From NCBI RefSeq assembly GCF_016026235.1, contig NZ_CP065613.1: a stretch of DNA of 64,000 bases. One strand, given 5' to 3'. This document shows positions 15,146 through 29,921 of this stretch, in pieces (the stretch's first letter is position 1; every line of letters starts with the position of its first letter). The DNA comes from Escherichia coli. GTDB lineage: Bacteria > Pseudomonadota > Gammaproteobacteria > Enterobacterales > Enterobacteriaceae. The notes beneath the pieces were generated by a model. It saw only the letters and a program-made list of their open reading frames with translations, ran no database searches and had not been told where the DNA came from. The translations under genes and the position numbers were made by a program.

Positions 15146-15907
15146 GTGATGTTGTCTGCTACTCAACCACTTAGCGAAAAATTGCCAGCGCATGGCTGCC
15201 GTCATGTTGCGATCATTATGGACGGCAATGGTCGCTGGGCAAAAAAGCAAGGGAAGATTCGTGCCTTTGGGCATAAAGCCGGGGCAAAATCCGTCCGCCG
15301 GGCTGTCTCTTTTGCGGCCAACAACGGTATTGAGGCGTTAACGCTGTATGCCTTTAGTAGTGAAAACTGGAACCGACCAGCGCAGGAAGTCAGTGCGTTA
15401 ATGGAACTGTTTGTGTGGGCGCTCGATAGCGAAGTAAAAAGTCTGCACCGACATAACGTGCGTCTGCGTATTATTGGCGATACCAGTCGCTTTAACTCGC
15501 GTTTGCAAGAACGTATTCGTAAATCTGAAGCGCTAACAGCCGGGAATACCGGTCTGACGCTGAATATTGCGGCGAACTACGGTGGACGTTGGGATATAGT
15601 CCAGGGAGTCAGGCAACTGGCTGAAAAGGTGCAGCAAGGAAACCTGCAACCAGATCAGATAGATGAAGAGATGCTAAACCAGCATGTCTGTATGCATGAA
15701 CTGGCCCCTGTAGATTTAGTAATTAGGACTGGGGGGGAGCATCGCATTAGTAACTTTTTGCTTTGGCAAATTGCCTATGCCGAACTTTACTTTACAGATG
15801 TTCTCTGGCCCGATTTCGATGAACAAGACTTTGAAGGGGCGTTAAATGCCTTTGCTAATCGAGAGCGTCGTTTCGGCGGCACCGAGCCCAGTGATGAAAC
15901 AGCCTGA
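15146..15907 (+). CDS. ispU: ditrans,polycis-undecaprenyl-diphosphate synthase
   Basis: 253-aa ORF MMLSATQPLSEKLPAHGCRHVAIIMDGNGRWAKKQGKIRAFGHKAG... Confidence 0.92.
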   Translation: MMLSATQPLSEKLPAHGCRHVAIIMDGNGRWAKKQGKIRAFGHKAGAKSVRRAVSFAANNGIEALTLYAFSSENWNRPAQEVSALMELFVWALDSEVKSLHRHNVRLRIIGDTSRFNSRLQERIRKSEALTAGNTGLTLNIAANYGGRWDIVQGVRQLAEKVQQGNLQPDQIDEEMLNQHVCMHELAPVDLVIRTGGEHRISNFLLWQIAYAELYFTDVLWPDFDEQDFEGALNAFANRERRFGGTEPSDETA

Positions 15908-15919
15908 TGGGGGGCGCTT

Positions 15920-16777
15920 TTGCTGAAGTATCGCCTGATATCTGCTTTTGTGTTAATACCCGTCGTCATCGCGGCGTTGTTTCTGTTGCCGCCGGTGGGG
16001 TTCGCCATTGTAACGCTGGTGGTCTGCATGCTGGCAGCGTGGGAATGGGGACAGCTTAGCGGTTTTACCACTCGTTCGCAGCGAGTATGGTTGGCGGTGT
16101 TATGCGGGTTATTGTTGGCGCTGATGCTTTTTCTGTTGCCGGAATATCACCGAAATATTCATCAACCGCTGGTTGAAATCTCACTTTGGGCTTCGCTGGG
16201 TTGGTGGATTGTCGCGCTATTGCTGGTGCTGTTTTACCCAGGTTCCGCAGCAATCTGGCGTAACTCTAAAACATTGCGCCTTATTTTTGGCGTGCTAACC
16301 ATTGTTCCCTTCTTCTGGGGCATGCTGGCGTTACGGGCCTGGCACTACGACGAGAATCATTACAGTGGCGCAATATGGCTGCTCTATGTCATGATCCTGG
16401 TATGGGGCGCTGACTCTGGCGCATATATGTTTGGCAAATTGTTTGGTAAACATAAGCTGGCACCGAAGGTTTCTCCGGGTAAAACCTGGCAAGGCTTTAT
16501 AGGTGGACTAGCGACCGCAGCGGTAATCTCATGGGGTTATGGCATGTGGGCGAATCTCGACGTCGCTCCCGTCACCTTACTCATTTGCTCTATTGTCGCA
16601 GCGTTAGCCTCAGTGCTCGGCGATCTGACCGAGAGTATGTTTAAGCGTGAAGCAGGAATTAAGGACAGCGGTCATTTAATTCCAGGACACGGTGGTATTT
16701 TAGATCGTATTGATAGCCTGACGGCTGCGGTACCGGTCTTTGCTTGCTTGTTGTTACTGGTATTCAGGACGCTTTAA
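15920..16777 (+). CDS. cdsA: phosphatidate cytidylyltransferase (CDP-diglyceride synthase)
   Basis: 285-aa polytopic membrane ORF starting at a TTG (per ORF track), [25 protein letters not shown]... Confidence 0.88.
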
Positions 16778-16788
16778 CGGAAGGTAAT

Positions 16789-18141
16789 ATGCTGAGTTTT
16801 CTCTGGGATTTGGCTTCGTTCATCGTTGCACTGGGTGTACTTATCACCGTGCATGAATTTGGTCATTTCTGGGTTGCCCGGCGTTGTGGTGTTCGCGTTG
16901 AGCGTTTCTCAATAGGGTTTGGTAAGGCGCTCTGGCGGCGAACTGATAAGCTCGGCACCGAATATGTTATCGCCCTGATCCCGCTGGGCGGTTATGTCAA
17001 AATGCTGGATGAGCGCGCAGAACCGGTCGTTCCGGAACTCCGCCGCCATGCCTTCAATAATAAATCTGTCGGCCAACGAGCTGCGATTATTGCCGCAGGT
17101 CCGGTTGCAAACTTCATTTTTGCTATCTTTGCCTACTGGCTGGTTTTTATTATTGGTGTGCCTGGCGTACGTCCGGTGGTTGGCGAAATAGCAGCCAATT
17201 CGATAGCTGCGGAAGCACAAATTGCACTAGGTACGGAACTAAAAGCCGTAGATGGTATCGAAACGCCTGATTGGGATGCCGTGCGTTTGCAGTTGGTCGA
17301 TAAAATTGGCGATGAAAGCACCACCATTACAGTAGCGCCATTTGGCAGCGACCAACGGCGGGATGTAAAGCTCGATTTACGTCACTGGGCGTTTGAGCCT
17401 GATAAAGAAGATCCGGTATCTTCGCTGGGGATTCGTCCTCGTGGGCCGCAAATTGAACCTGTACTGGAAAATGTGCAGCCAAACTCGGCGGCAAGCAAGG
17501 CAGGTTTGCAAGCAGGCGACAGGATCGTTAAAGTCGATGGTCAGCCCTTAACGCAGTGGGTGACCTTTGTGATGCTTGTCCGGGATAACCCGGGTAAATC
17601 CTTAGCGTTAGAAATCGAAAGGCAGGGGAGTCCCTTGTCTTTGACATTAATCCCGGAGAGTAAACCGGGTAATGGTAAAGCGATTGGTTTTGTCGGTATT
17701 GAGCCGAAAGTCATTCCTTTGCCAGATGAGTATAAAGTTGTACGCCAGTATGGGCCGTTCAACGCCATCGTCGAAGCCACGGACAAAACGTGGCAGCTGA
17801 TGAAGCTGACGGTCAGTATGCTGGGAAAATTGATCACCGGTGATGTGAAACTGAACAACCTCAGTGGGCCGATCTCTATCGCCAAGGGGGCTGGGATGAC
17901 AGCGGAACTCGGGGTAGTTTATTACCTGCCGTTTCTTGCGCTTATTAGCGTGAACTTAGGGATAATTAACCTGTTTCCGTTGCCCGTACTTGACGGGGGG
18001 CATCTGCTGTTCCTTGCGATCGAAAAGATCAAGGGCGGACCGGTATCCGAGCGGGTTCAAGACTTTTGTTATCGCATTGGCTCGATTCTGCTGGTGCTGT
18101 TAATGGGGCTTGCACTTTTCAATGATTTCTCTCGGTTATGA
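16789..18141 (+). CDS. rseP: regulator of sigma-E protease RseP (site-2 protease)
   Basis: ORF-track frame 16744..18141 trimmed to ATG at 16789 ([32 protein letters not shown]...), 450 aa; HEFGH zinc motif, PDZ region. Confidence 0.9.
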   Translation: MLSFLWDLASFIVALGVLITVHEFGHFWVARRCGVRVERFSIGFGKALWRRTDKLGTEYVIALIPLGGYVKMLDERAEPVVPELRRHAFNNKSVGQRAAIIAAGPVANFIFAIFAYWLVFIIGVPGVRPVVGEIAANSIAAEAQIALGTELKAVDGIETPDWDAVRLQLVDKIGDESTTITVAPFGSDQRRDVKLDLRHWAFEPDKEDPVSSLGIRPRGPQIEPVLENVQPNSAASKAGLQAGDRIVKVDGQPLTQWVTFVMLVRDNPGKSLALEIERQGSPLSLTLIPESKPGNGKAIGFVGIEPKVIPLPDEYKVVRQYGPFNAIVEATDKTWQLMKLTVSMLGKLITGDVKLNNLSGPISIAKGAGMTAELGVVYYLPFLALISVNLGIINLFPLPVLDGGHLLFLAIEKIKGGPVSERVQDFCYRIGSILLVLLMGLALFNDFSRL

Positions 18142-18152
18142 GAGTTAGTTAG

Positions 18153-20603
<2,451 letters not shown>

Positions 20604-20724
20604 GTGTTCTCCACAAAGGAATGTAGTGGTAGTGTAGCGATGACTTTAGGCGATCAATATAAGATCGCCGGGCCACGCAAAGAACTGCACCCTCCGGTGC
20701 AAATGGGATGGTAAGGAGTTTATT

Positions 20725-21210
20725 GTGAAAAAGTGGTTATTAGCTGCAGGTCTCGGTTTAGCACTGGCAACATCTGCTCAGGCGGCTGACAAAATTGCAA
20801 TCGTCAACATGGGCAGCCTGTTCCAGCAGGTAGCGCAGAAAACCGGTGTTTCTAACACGCTGGAAAATGAGTTCAAAGGCCGTGCCAGCGAACTGCAGCG
20901 TATGGAAACCGATCTGCAGGCTAAAATGAAAAAGCTGCAGTCCATGAAAGCGGGCAGCGATCGCACTAAGCTGGAAAAAGACGTGATGGCTCAGCGCCAG
21001 ACTTTTGCTCAGAAAGCGCAGGCTTTTGAGCAGGATCGCGCACGTCGTTCCAACGAAGAACGCGGCAAACTGGTTACTCGTATCCAGACTGCTGTGAAAT
21101 CCGTTGCCAACAGCCAGGATATCGATCTGGTTGTTGATGCAAACGCCGTTGCTTACAACAGCAGCGATGTAAAAGACATCACTGCCGACGTACTGAAACA
21201 GGTTAAATAA
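20725..21210 (+). CDS. skp: periplasmic chaperone Skp
   Basis: 161-aa ORF (GTG start) with signal peptide ...[24 protein letters not shown]... Confidence 0.9.
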   Translation: MKKWLLAAGLGLALATSAQAADKIAIVNMGSLFQQVAQKTGVSNTLENEFKGRASELQRMETDLQAKMKKLQSMKAGSDRTKLEKDVMAQRQTFAQKAQAFEQDRARRSNEERGKLVTRIQTAVKSVANSQDIDLVVDANAVAYNSSDVKDITADVLKQVK

Positions 21211-21213
21211 GTA

Positions 21214-22239
21214 ATGCCTTCAATTCGACTGGCTGATTTAGCGCAGCAGTTGGATGCAGAACTACACGGTGATGGCGATATCGTCATCACCGGCGTTGCG
21301 TCCATGCAATCTGCACAAACAGGTCACATTACGTTCATGGTTAACCCAAAATACCGTGAGTATTTAGGCTTGTGCCAGGCGTCCGCGGTTGTCATGACCC
21401 AGGACGATCTTCCTTTCGCGAAAAGTGCCGCGCTGGTAGTGAAGAATCCCTACCTGACTTACGCGCGCATGGCGCAAATTTTAGATACCACGCCGCAGCC
21501 CGCGCAGAACATTGCACCCAGTGCGGTGATCGACGCGACGGCGAAGCTGGGTAACAACGTATCGATTGGCGCTAACGCGGTGATTGAGTCCGGCGTTGAA
21601 CTGGGCGATAACGTGATTATCGGTGCCGGTTGCTTCGTAGGTAAAAACAGCAAAATCGGTGCAGGTTCGCGTCTCTGGGCGAACGTAACCATTTACCATG
21701 AGATCCAGATCGGTCAGAATTGCCTGATCCAGTCCGGAACAGTGGTAGGCGCAGACGGCTTTGGTTATGCCAACGATCGTGGTAACTGGGTGAAGATCCC
21801 ACAGATTGGTCGCGTAATTATTGGCGATCGCGTGGAGATCGGTGCCTGCACAACCATCGATCGCGGCGCGCTGGATGACACTATTATTGGCAATGGCGTG
21901 ATCATTGATAACCAGTGCCAGATTGCACATAACGTCGTGATTGGCGACAATACGGCGGTTGCCGGTGGCGTCATTATGGCGGGCAGCCTGAAAATTGGTC
22001 GTTACTGCATGATCGGCGGAGCCAGCGTAATCAACGGGCATATGGAAATATGCGACAAAGTGACGGTTACGGGCATGGGTATGGTGATGCGTCCCATCAC
22101 TGAACCAGGCGTCTATTCCTCAGGCATTCCGCTGCAACCCAACAAAGTCTGGCGCAAAACCGCTGCACTGGTGATGAACATTGATGACATGAGCAAGCGT
22201 CTGAAATCGCTTGAGCGCAAGGTTAATCAACAAGACTAA
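21214..22239 (+). CDS. lpxD: UDP-3-O-(3-hydroxymyristoyl)glucosamine N-acyltransferase
   Basis: 341-aa [44 protein letters not shown]...; hexapeptide repeats. Confidence 0.92.
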   Translation: MPSIRLADLAQQLDAELHGDGDIVITGVASMQSAQTGHITFMVNPKYREYLGLCQASAVVMTQDDLPFAKSAALVVKNPYLTYARMAQILDTTPQPAQNIAPSAVIDATAKLGNNVSIGANAVIESGVELGDNVIIGAGCFVGKNSKIGAGSRLWANVTIYHEIQIGQNCLIQSGTVVGADGFGYANDRGNWVKIPQIGRVIIGDRVEIGACTTIDRGALDDTIIGNGVIIDNQCQIAHNVVIGDNTAVAGGVIMAGSLKIGRYCMIGGASVINGHMEICDKVTVTGMGMVMRPITEPGVYSSGIPLQPNKVWRKTAALVMNIDDMSKRLKSLERKVNQQD

Positions 22240-22343
22240 CGTTCCATCTTTTGTTCGCCAAACTTTACGGCCTGTCTCATTCTTACGATTGCGGCAGGCC
22301 GTGTTATTATTGTCGTTTCTTATATTTTGACAGGAAGAGTATC

Positions 22344-22799
22344 TTGACTACTAACACTCATACTCTGCAGATTGAAGAGATTTTAGAACTTCTGCCGCAC
22401 CGTTTCCCGTTCTTACTGGTGGATCGCGTGCTGGATTTTGAAGAAGGTCGTTTTCTGCGCGCAGTAAAAAATGTCTCTGTCAATGAGCCATTCTTCCAGG
22501 GCCATTTCCCTGGAAAACCGATTTTCCCGGGTGTGCTGATTCTGGAAGCAATGGCACAGGCAACAGGTATTCTGGCGTTTAAAAGCGTAGGAAAACTGGA
22601 ACCGGGTGAGCTGTACTATTTCGCTGGTATTGACGAAGCGCGCTTCAAGCGCCCGGTCGTGCCTGGCGATCAAATGATCATGGAAGTCACTTTCGAAAAA
22701 ACGCGCCGCGGCCTGACCCGTTTTAAAGGGGTTGCTCTGGTCGACGGTAAAGTAGTTTGCGAAGCAACGATGATGTGTGCTCGTAGCCGGGAGGCCTGA
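22344..22799 (+). CDS. fabZ: 3-hydroxyacyl-ACP dehydratase FabZ
   Basis: ORF-track frame 22251..22799 trimmed to TTG at 22344 giving 151 aa ([34 protein letters not shown]...). Confidence 0.88.
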
Positions 22800-22802
22800 T
22801 AC

Positions 22803-23591
22803 GTGATTGATAAATCCGCCTTTGTGCATCCAACCGCCATTGTAGAAGAGGGCGCGTCGATTGGCGCGAACGCTCACATTGGTCCTTTTTGTATCGTTGG
22901 ACCCCATGTCGAAATTGGTGAGGGTACCGTACTGAAATCTCACGTTGTCGTGAATGGTCATACTAAAATTGGCCGCGATAATGAGATTTATCAGTTCGCC
23001 TCCATCGGCGAAGTTAACCAGGATCTGAAATATGCTGGCGAACCGACCCGCGTGGAAATCGGCGATCGTAACCGCATTCGCGAAAGCGTCACCATTCATC
23101 GTGGCACAGTCCAGGGCGGTGGATTGACGAAGGTGGGCAGCGACAACTTACTGATGATCAACGCGCACATTGCGCACGATTGTACGGTAGGTAACCGCTG
23201 TATTCTCGCCAACAACGCAACGCTGGCGGGTCACGTATCGGTTGACGACTTCGCGATCATCGGCGGCATGACCGCAGTCCATCAGTTCTGCATCATTGGT
23301 GCGCATGTGATGGTTGGCGGCTGCTCCGGTGTGGCGCAGGACGTCCCTCCTTATGTCATTGCGCAGGGTAACCACGCCACGCCGTTCGGTGTCAATATCG
23401 AAGGGCTGAAGCGCCGCGGATTCAGCCGTGAGGCGATTACCGCTATCCGCAATGCGTATAAGCTAATTTATCGTAGCGGTAAAACGCTCGATGAAGTGAA
23501 ACCGGAAATTGCTGAACTGGCGGAAACATATCCGGAAGTGAAAGCCTTTACCGATTTCTTTGCACGCTCAACGCGCGGTCTGATTCGTTAA
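22803..23591 (+). CDS. lpxA: acyl-ACP--UDP-N-acetylglucosamine O-acyltransferase
   Basis: 262-aa ORF (GTG start) [34 protein letters not shown]... Confidence 0.92.
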
Positions 23592-24739
23592 TGACTGAAC
23601 AGCGTCCATTAACGATTGCCCTGGTCGCCGGAGAAACCTCCGGCGATATCCTGGGGGCCGGTTTAATCCGCGCTCTGAAAGAACGTGTGCCCAACGCCCG
23701 CTTTGTTGGTGTTGCCGGGCCACGAATGCAGGCTGAAGGCTGCGAAGCCTGGTACGAAATGGAAGAACTGGCGGTGATGGGCATTGTTGAAGTGCTCGGT
23801 CGTCTGCGTCGCTTACTGCATATTCGTGCCGATCTGACAAAGCGTTTTGGCGAACTGAAGCCAGATGTTTTTGTTGGTATTGATGCGCCTGACTTCAATA
23901 TTACTCTTGAAGGTAACCTCAAAAAGCAGGGTATCAAAACCATTCATTACGTCAGTCCATCCGTCTGGGCGTGGCGACAGAAACGCGTTTTCAAAATAGG
24001 CAGAGCCACCGATCTGGTGCTCGCATTTCTGCCTTTCGAAAAAGCGTTTTATGACAAATACAACGTACCGTGCCGCTTTATCGGTCATACCATGGCTGAT
24101 GCCATGCCATTAGATCCAGATAAAAATAGTGCCCGTGATGTGCTGGGGATCCCGCACGATACTCACTGTCTGGCATTGTTGCCGGGAAGTCGTGGCGCGG
24201 AAGTTGAGATGCTTAGCGCCGATTTCCTGAAAACGGCCCAGCTTTTGCGCCAGACATATCCGGATCTCGAAATCGTGGTGCCACTGGTGAATGCCAAACG
24301 CCGCGAGCAGTTTGAACGCATCAAAGCTGCAGTCGCGCCAGACCTGTCGGTTCATTTGCTGGATGGAATGGGCCGTGAGGCGATGGTCGCCAGCGATGCG
24401 GCACTACTGGCGTCGGGGACGGCAGCCCTGGAGTGTATGCTGGCGAAATGCCCGATGGTGGTGGGATATCGCATGAAGCCTTTTACCTTCTGGTTGGCGA
24501 AGCGGCTGGTGAAAACTGATTATGTCTCGCTGCCAAATCTGCTGGCGGGCAGAGAGTTAGTCAAAGAGTTATTGCAGGAAGAGTGTGAGCCGCAAAAACT
24601 GGCTGCGGCGCTGTTACCGCTGTTGGCGAATGGGAAAACCAGCCACGCGATGCACGATACCTTCCGTGAACTGCATCAGCAGATCCGCTGCAATGCCGAT
24701 GAGCAGGCGGCACAAGCCGTTCTGGAGTTAGCACAATGA
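23591..24739 (+). CDS. lpxB: lipid-A-disaccharide synthase
   Basis: 382-aa [34 protein letters not shown]...; 1-nt overlap with lpxA stop. Confidence 0.92.
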   Translation: MTEQRPLTIALVAGETSGDILGAGLIRALKERVPNARFVGVAGPRMQAEGCEAWYEMEELAVMGIVEVLGRLRRLLHIRADLTKRFGELKPDVFVGIDAPDFNITLEGNLKKQGIKTIHYVSPSVWAWRQKRVFKIGRATDLVLAFLPFEKAFYDKYNVPCRFIGHTMADAMPLDPDKNSARDVLGIPHDTHCLALLPGSRGAEVEMLSADFLKTAQLLRQTYPDLEIVVPLVNAKRREQFERIKAAVAPDLSVHLLDGMGREAMVASDAALLASGTAALECMLAKCPMVVGYRMKPFTFWLAKRLVKTDYVSLPNLLAGRELVKELLQEECEPQKLAAALLPLLANGKTSHAMHDTFRELHQQIRCNADEQAAQAVLELAQ

Positions 24740-25332
24740 TCGAATTTGTCTATCCGCACACGCAGCTGGTTGCGGGTGTGGATGAAGTCGGACGTGGGCC
24801 GTTAGTTGGCGCGGTCGTCACCGCTGCGGTGATTCTCGACCCGGCGCGCCCGATTGCCGGGCTGAATGATTCCAAAAAGCTGAGCGAAAAACGTCGTCTG
24901 GCGCTCTGTGAAGAGATCAAAGAGAAAGCGTTGAGCTGGAGTCTGGGCCGCGCGGAACCTCACGAAATCGACGAACTGAATATTTTACATGCGACCATGC
25001 TGGCGATGCAGCGAGCCGTCGCTGGGCTGCATATTGCGCCGGAATATGTGTTGATTGATGGTAACCGCTGCCCGAAATTACCGATGCCTGCGATGGCTGT
25101 GGTGAAAGGCGATAGCCGCGTACCGGAAATCAGTGCCGCGTCTATCCTGGCGAAAGTGACGCGCGACGCCGAAATGGCGGCGCTGGATATTGTTTTCCCG
25201 CAATATGGTTTTGCCCAACACAAAGGGTATCCAACCGCTTTTCATCTGGAAAAACTGGCTGAACACGGCGCGACCGAACACCATCGGCGCAGCTTTGGGC
25301 CTGTCAAACGCGCACTGGGACTTGCGTCCTGA
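24736..25332 (+). CDS. rnhB: ribonuclease HII
   Basis: 198-aa [39 protein letters not shown]...; ATGA overlap with lpxB. Confidence 0.92.
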   Translation: MIEFVYPHTQLVAGVDEVGRGPLVGAVVTAAVILDPARPIAGLNDSKKLSEKRRLALCEEIKEKALSWSLGRAEPHEIDELNILHATMLAMQRAVAGLHIAPEYVLIDGNRCPKLPMPAMAVVKGDSRVPEISAASILAKVTRDAEMAALDIVFPQYGFAQHKGYPTAFHLEKLAEHGATEHHRRSFGPVKRALGLAS

Positions 25333-25368
25333 TTCTTGTGTCGAGATTAAGTAAACCGGAATCTGAAG

Positions 25369-28300
25369 ATGTCTGAACCACGTTTCGTACACCTGCGGGT
25401 GCACAGCGACTACTCGATGATCGATGGCCTGGCCAAAACCGCACCGCTGGTAAAAAAGGCGGCGGCGTTGGGTATGCCAGCACTGGCGATCACCGATTTC
25501 ACCAACCTTTGCGGTCTGGTGAAGTTCTACGGAGCGGGACATGGCGCAGGGATTAAGCCTATCGTCGGGGCAGATTTTAACGTCCAGTGCGACCTGCTGG
25601 GTGATGAGTTAACCCACCTGACGGTACTGGCGGCGAACAATACCGGCTATCAGAATCTGACGTTGCTGATCTCAAAAGCGTATCAGCGCGGGTACGGTGC
25701 CGCCGGGCCGATCATCGATCGCGACTGGCTTATCGAATTAAACGAAGGGTTGATCCTTCTTTCCGGCGGGCGCATGGGCGACGTCGGACGCAGTCTTTTG
25801 CGTGGTAACAGCGCGCTGGTAGATGAGTGTGTCGCGTTTTATGAAGAACACTTCCCGGATCGCTATTTTCTCGAGCTGATCCGCACCGGCAGGCCGGATG
25901 AAGAAAGCTATCTGCACGCGGCGGTGGAACTGGCGGAAGCGCGCGGTTTGCCCGTCGTGGCGACTAACGATGTGCGCTTTATCGACAGCAGCGACTTTGA
26001 CGCACACGAAATCCGCGTCGCGATCCACGACGGCTTTACCCTCGACGATCCTAAACGCCCGCGTAACTATTCGCCGCAGCAATATATGCGTAGCGAAGAG
26101 GAGATGTGCGAGCTGTTTGCCGACATCCCAGAAGCCCTTGCCAACACCGTTGAGATCGCCAAACGCTGTAACGTAACTGTGCGTCTTGGTGAATACTTCC
26201 TGCCGCAGTTCCCGACCGGGGACATGAGCACCGAAGATTATCTGGTCAAGCGTGCAAAAGAGGGCCTGGAAGAGCGTCTGGCCTTTTTATTCCCTGATGA
26301 GGAAGAACGTGTTAAGCGCCGCCCGGAATATGACGAACGTCTGGAGACTGAACTTCAGGTTATCAACCAGATGGGCTTCCCGGGCTACTTCCTCATCGTT
26401 ATGGAATTTATCCAGTGGTCGAAAGATAACGGCGTACCGGTAGGGCCAGGCCGTGGCTCCGGTGCGGGTTCACTGGTGGCCTACGCGCTGAAAATCACCG
26501 ACCTCGATCCGCTGGAATTTGACCTGCTGTTCGAACGTTTCCTTAACCCGGAACGTGTCTCCATGCCTGACTTCGACGTTGACTTCTGTATGGAGAAACG
26601 CGATCAGGTTATCGAACACGTAGCGGACATGTACGGTCGTGATGCGGTATCGCAGATTATCACCTTCGGTACGATGGCGGCGAAAGCGGTGATCCGCGAC
26701 GTAGGCCGCGTGCTGGGGCATCCGTACGGCTTTGTCGATCGTATCTCGAAACTGATCCCGCCCGATCCGGGGATGACGCTGGCGAAAGCGTTTGAAGCCG
26801 AGCCGCAGCTGCCGGAAATCTACGAAGCGGATGAAGAAGTTAAGGCGCTGATCGACATGGCGCGCAAACTGGAAGGGGTCACCCGTAACGCCGGTAAGCA
26901 CGCCGGTGGGGTGGTTATCGCGCCGACCAAAATTACCGATTTTGCGCCGCTTTATTGCGATGAAGAGGGCAAACATCCGGTCACCCAGTTTGATAAAAGC
27001 GACGTTGAATACGCCGGACTGGTGAAGTTCGACTTCCTTGGTTTGCGTACGCTCACCATCATCAACTGGGCGCTGGAGATGATCAACAAGCGGCGGGCGA
27101 AGAATGGCGAGCCGCCGCTGGATATCGCCGCGATCCCGCTGGATGACAAGAAAAGCTTCGACATGCTGCAACGCTCGGAAACCACGGCGGTATTCCAGCT
27201 TGAATCGCGCGGCATGAAGGACCTGATCAAGCGTCTGCAACCTGACTGCTTCGAAGATATGATCGCACTGGTGGCACTGTTCCGCCCTGGTCCGTTGCAG
27301 TCAGGGATGGTGGATAACTTTATCGACCGTAAACATGGTCGCGAAGAGATCTCCTATCCGGACGTACAGTGGCAGCATGAAAGCCTGAAACCGGTACTGG
27401 AGCCAACCTACGGCATCATCCTGTATCAGGAACAGGTCATGCAGATTGCCCAGGTGCTTTCTGGTTATACCCTCGGTGGCGCGGATATGCTGCGTCGTGC
27501 GATGGGTAAGAAAAAGCCGGAAGAGATGGCTAAGCAACGTTCTGTATTTGCTGAAGGTGCAGAAAAGAACGGAATCAACGCCGAACTGGCGATGAAAATC
27601 TTCGACCTGGTGGAGAAATTCGCTGGTTACGGATTTAACAAATCGCACTCTGCGGCCTATGCTTTGGTGTCATATCAAACATTATGGCTGAAAGCGCACT
27701 ATCCGGCAGAGTTTATGGCGGCGGTAATGACCGCCGATATGGACAACACCGAGAAGGTGGTGGGCCTGGTGGATGAGTGCTGGCGGATGGGGCTGAAAAT
27801 CCTGCCACCAGATATAAACTCCGGTCTTTACCATTTCCACGTCAACGACGACGGCGAAATCGTGTATGGTATTGGCGCGATCAAAGGGGTAGGTGAAGGT
27901 CCGATTGAGGCGATCATCGAAGCCCGTAATAAAGGCGGCTACTTCCGCGAACTGTTTGATCTCTGCGCCCGAACCGACACCAAAAAGTTGAACCGTCGCG
28001 TGCTGGAAAAACTGATCATGTCCGGGGCGTTTGACCGTCTTGGGCCACATCGCGCAGCGCTGATGAACTCGCTGGGCGATGCGTTAAAAGCGGCAGATCA
28101 ACACGCGAAAGCGGAAGCTATCGGTCAGGCCGATATGTTCGGCGTGCTGGCCGAAGAGCCGGAACAAATTGAACAATCCTACGCCAGCTGCCAACCGTGG
28201 CCGGAGCAGGTGGTGTTAGATGGGGAACGTGAAACGTTAGGTCTGTACCTTACGGGACACCCTATCAACCAGTATTTAAAAGAGATTGAGCGTTATGTCG

Positions 28301-28851
28301 GAGGCGTAAGGCTGAAAGACATGCACCCGACAGAACGTGGTAAAGTCATCACGGCTGCGGGGCTCGTTGTTGCCGCGCGGGTTATGGTCACCAAGCGCGG
28401 CAATCGTATCGGTATCTGCACGCTGGATGACCGTTCCGGGCGGCTGGAAGTGATGTTGTTTACTGACGCCCTGGATAAATACCAGCAATTGCTGGAAAAA
28501 GACCGCATACTTATCGTCAGCGGACAGGTCAGCTTTGATGACTTCAGCGGTGGGCTTAAAATGACCGCTCGCGAAGTGATGGATATTGACGAAGCCCGGG
28601 AAAAATATGCTCGCGGGCTTGCTATCTCGCTGACGGACAGGCAAATTGATGACCAGCTTTTAAACCGACTCCGTCAGTCTCTGGAACCCCACCGCTCTGG
28701 GACAATTCCAGTACATCTCTACTATCAGAGGGCGGATGCACGCGCGCGGTTGCGTTTTGGCGCGACGTGGCGTGTCTCTCCGAGCGATCGTTTATTAAAC
28801 GATCTCCGTGGCCTCATTGGTTCGGAGCAGGTGGAACTGGAGTTTGACTAA
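25369..28851 (+). CDS. dnaE: DNA polymerase III alpha subunit
   Basis: 1160-aa [47 protein letters not shown]...; PHP domain N-terminus. Confidence 0.95.
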   Translation: MSEPRFVHLRVHSDYSMIDGLAKTAPLVKKAAALGMPALAITDFTNLCGLVKFYGAGHGAGIKPIVGADFNVQCDLLGDELTHLTVLAANNTGYQNLTLLISKAYQRGYGAAGPIIDRDWLIELNEGLILLSGGRMGDVGRSLLRGNSALVDECVAFYEEHFPDRYFLELIRTGRPDEESYLHAAVELAEARGLPVVATNDVRFIDSSDFDAHEIRVAIHDGFTLDDPKRPRNYSPQQYMRSEEEMCELFADIPEALANTVEIAKRCNVTVRLGEYFLPQFPTGDMSTEDYLVKRAKEGLEERLAFLFPDEEERVKRRPEYDERLETELQVINQMGFPGYFLIVMEFIQWSKDNGVPVGPGRGSGAGSLVAYALKITDLDPLEFDLLFERFLNPERVSMPDFDVDFCMEKRDQVIEHVADMYGRDAVSQIITFGTMAAKAVIRDVGRVLGHPYGFVDRISKLIPPDPGMTLAKAFEAEPQLPEIYEADEEVKALIDMARKLEGVTRNAGKHAGGVVIAPTKITDFAPLYCDEEGKHPVTQFDKSDVEYAGLVKFDFLGLRTLTIINWALEMINKRRAKNGEPPLDIAAIPLDDKKSFDMLQRSETTAVFQLESRGMKDLIKRLQPDCFEDMIALVALFRPGPLQSGMVDNFIDRKHGREEISYPDVQWQHESLKPVLEPTYGIILYQEQVMQIAQVLSGYTLGGADMLRRAMGKKKPEEMAKQRSVFAEGAEKNGINAELAMKIFDLVEKFAGYGFNKSHSAAYALVSYQTLWLKAHYPAEFMAAVMTADMDNTEKVVGLVDECWRMGLKILPPDINSGLYHFHVNDDGEIVYGIGAIKGVGEGPIEAIIEARNKGGYFRELFDLCARTDTKKLNRRVLEKLIMSGAFDRLGPHRAALMNSLGDALKAADQHAKAEAIGQADMFGVLAEEPEQIEQSYASCQPWPEQVVLDGERETLGLYLTGHPINQYLKEIERYVGGVRLKDMHPTERGKVITAAGLVVAARVMVTKRGNRIGICTLDDRSGRLEVMLFTDALDKYQQLLEKDRILIVSGQVSFDDFSGGLKMTAREVMDIDEAREKYARGLAISLTDRQIDDQLLNRLRQSLEPHRSGTIPVHLYYQRADARARLRFGATWRVSPSDRLLNDLRGLIGSEQVELEFD

Positions 28852-28863
28852 TACAGGAATACT

Positions 28864-29823
28864 ATGAGTCTGAATTTCCTTGATTTTGAACAGCCGATTG
28901 CAGAGCTGGAAGCGAAAATCGATTCTCTGACTGCGGTTAGCCGTCAGGATGAGAAACTGGATATTAACATCGATGAAGAAGTGCATCGTCTGCGTGAAAA
29001 AAGCGTAGAACTGACACGTAAAATCTTCGCCGATCTCGGTGCATGGCAGATTGCGCAACTGGCACGCCATCCACAGCGTCCTTATACCCTGGATTACGTT
29101 CGCCTGGCATTTGATGAATTTGACGAACTGGCTGGCGACCGCGCGTATGCAGACGATAAAGCTATCGTCGGTGGTATCGCCCGTCTTGACGGTCGTCCGG
29201 TGATGATCATTGGTCATCAAAAAGGTCGTGAAACCAAAGAAAAAATTCGCCGTAACTTTGGTATGCCAGCGCCAGAAGGTTACCGCAAAGCACTGCGTCT
29301 GATGCAAATGGCTGAACGCTTTAAGATGCCTATCATCACCTTTATCGACACCCCGGGGGCTTATCCTGGCGTGGGCGCAGAAGAGCGTGGTCAGTCTGAA
29401 GCCATTGCACGCAACCTGCGTGAAATGTCTCGCCTCGGCGTACCGGTAGTTTGTACGGTTATCGGTGAAGGTGGTTCTGGCGGTGCGCTGGCGATTGGCG
29501 TGGGCGATAAAGTGAATATGCTGCAATACAGCACCTATTCCGTTATCTCGCCGGAAGGTTGTGCGTCCATTCTGTGGAAGAGCGCCGACAAAGCGCCGCT
29601 GGCGGCTGAAGCGATGGGTATCATCGCTCCGCGTCTGAAAGAGCTGAAACTGATCGACTCCATCATCCCGGAACCGCTGGGCGGCGCTCACCGTAACCCG
29701 GAAGCGATGGCGGCATCGTTGAAAGCGCAACTGCTGGCGGATCTGGCCGATCTCGATGTGTTAAGCACTGAAGATTTAAAAAATCGTCGTTATCAGCGCC
29801 TGATGAGCTACGGTTACGCGTAA
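28864..29823 (+). CDS. accA: acetyl-CoA carboxylase carboxyltransferase alpha subunit
   Basis: 319-aa [58 protein letters not shown]... Confidence 0.93.
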   Translation: MSLNFLDFEQPIAELEAKIDSLTAVSRQDEKLDINIDEEVHRLREKSVELTRKIFADLGAWQIAQLARHPQRPYTLDYVRLAFDEFDELAGDRAYADDKAIVGGIARLDGRPVMIIGHQKGRETKEKIRRNFGMPAPEGYRKALRLMQMAERFKMPIITFIDTPGAYPGVGAEERGQSEAIARNLREMSRLGVPVVCTVIGEGGSGGALAIGVGDKVNMLQYSTYSVISPEGCASILWKSADKAPLAAEAMGIIAPRLKELKLIDSIIPEPLGGAHRNPEAMAASLKAQLLADLADLDVLSTEDLKNRRYQRLMSYGYA

Positions 29824-29842
29824 TTCGCAAAAGTTCTGAAAA

Positions 29843-29866
29843 AGGGTCACTTCGGTGGCCCTTTTT
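29843..29866 (+). terminator. terminator hairpin after accA
   Basis: GGGTCAC-TTCG-GTGGCCC stem followed by TTTTTT. Confidence 0.5.
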
Positions 29867-29921
29867 TATCGCCACGGTTTGAGCAGGCTATGATTAAGGA
29901 AGGATTTTCCAGGAGGAACAC

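Noticed and set aside
26470-27240. 256-aa minus-strand ORF inside dnaE
   Set aside because: Antisense shadow ORF within dnaE; no independent support.
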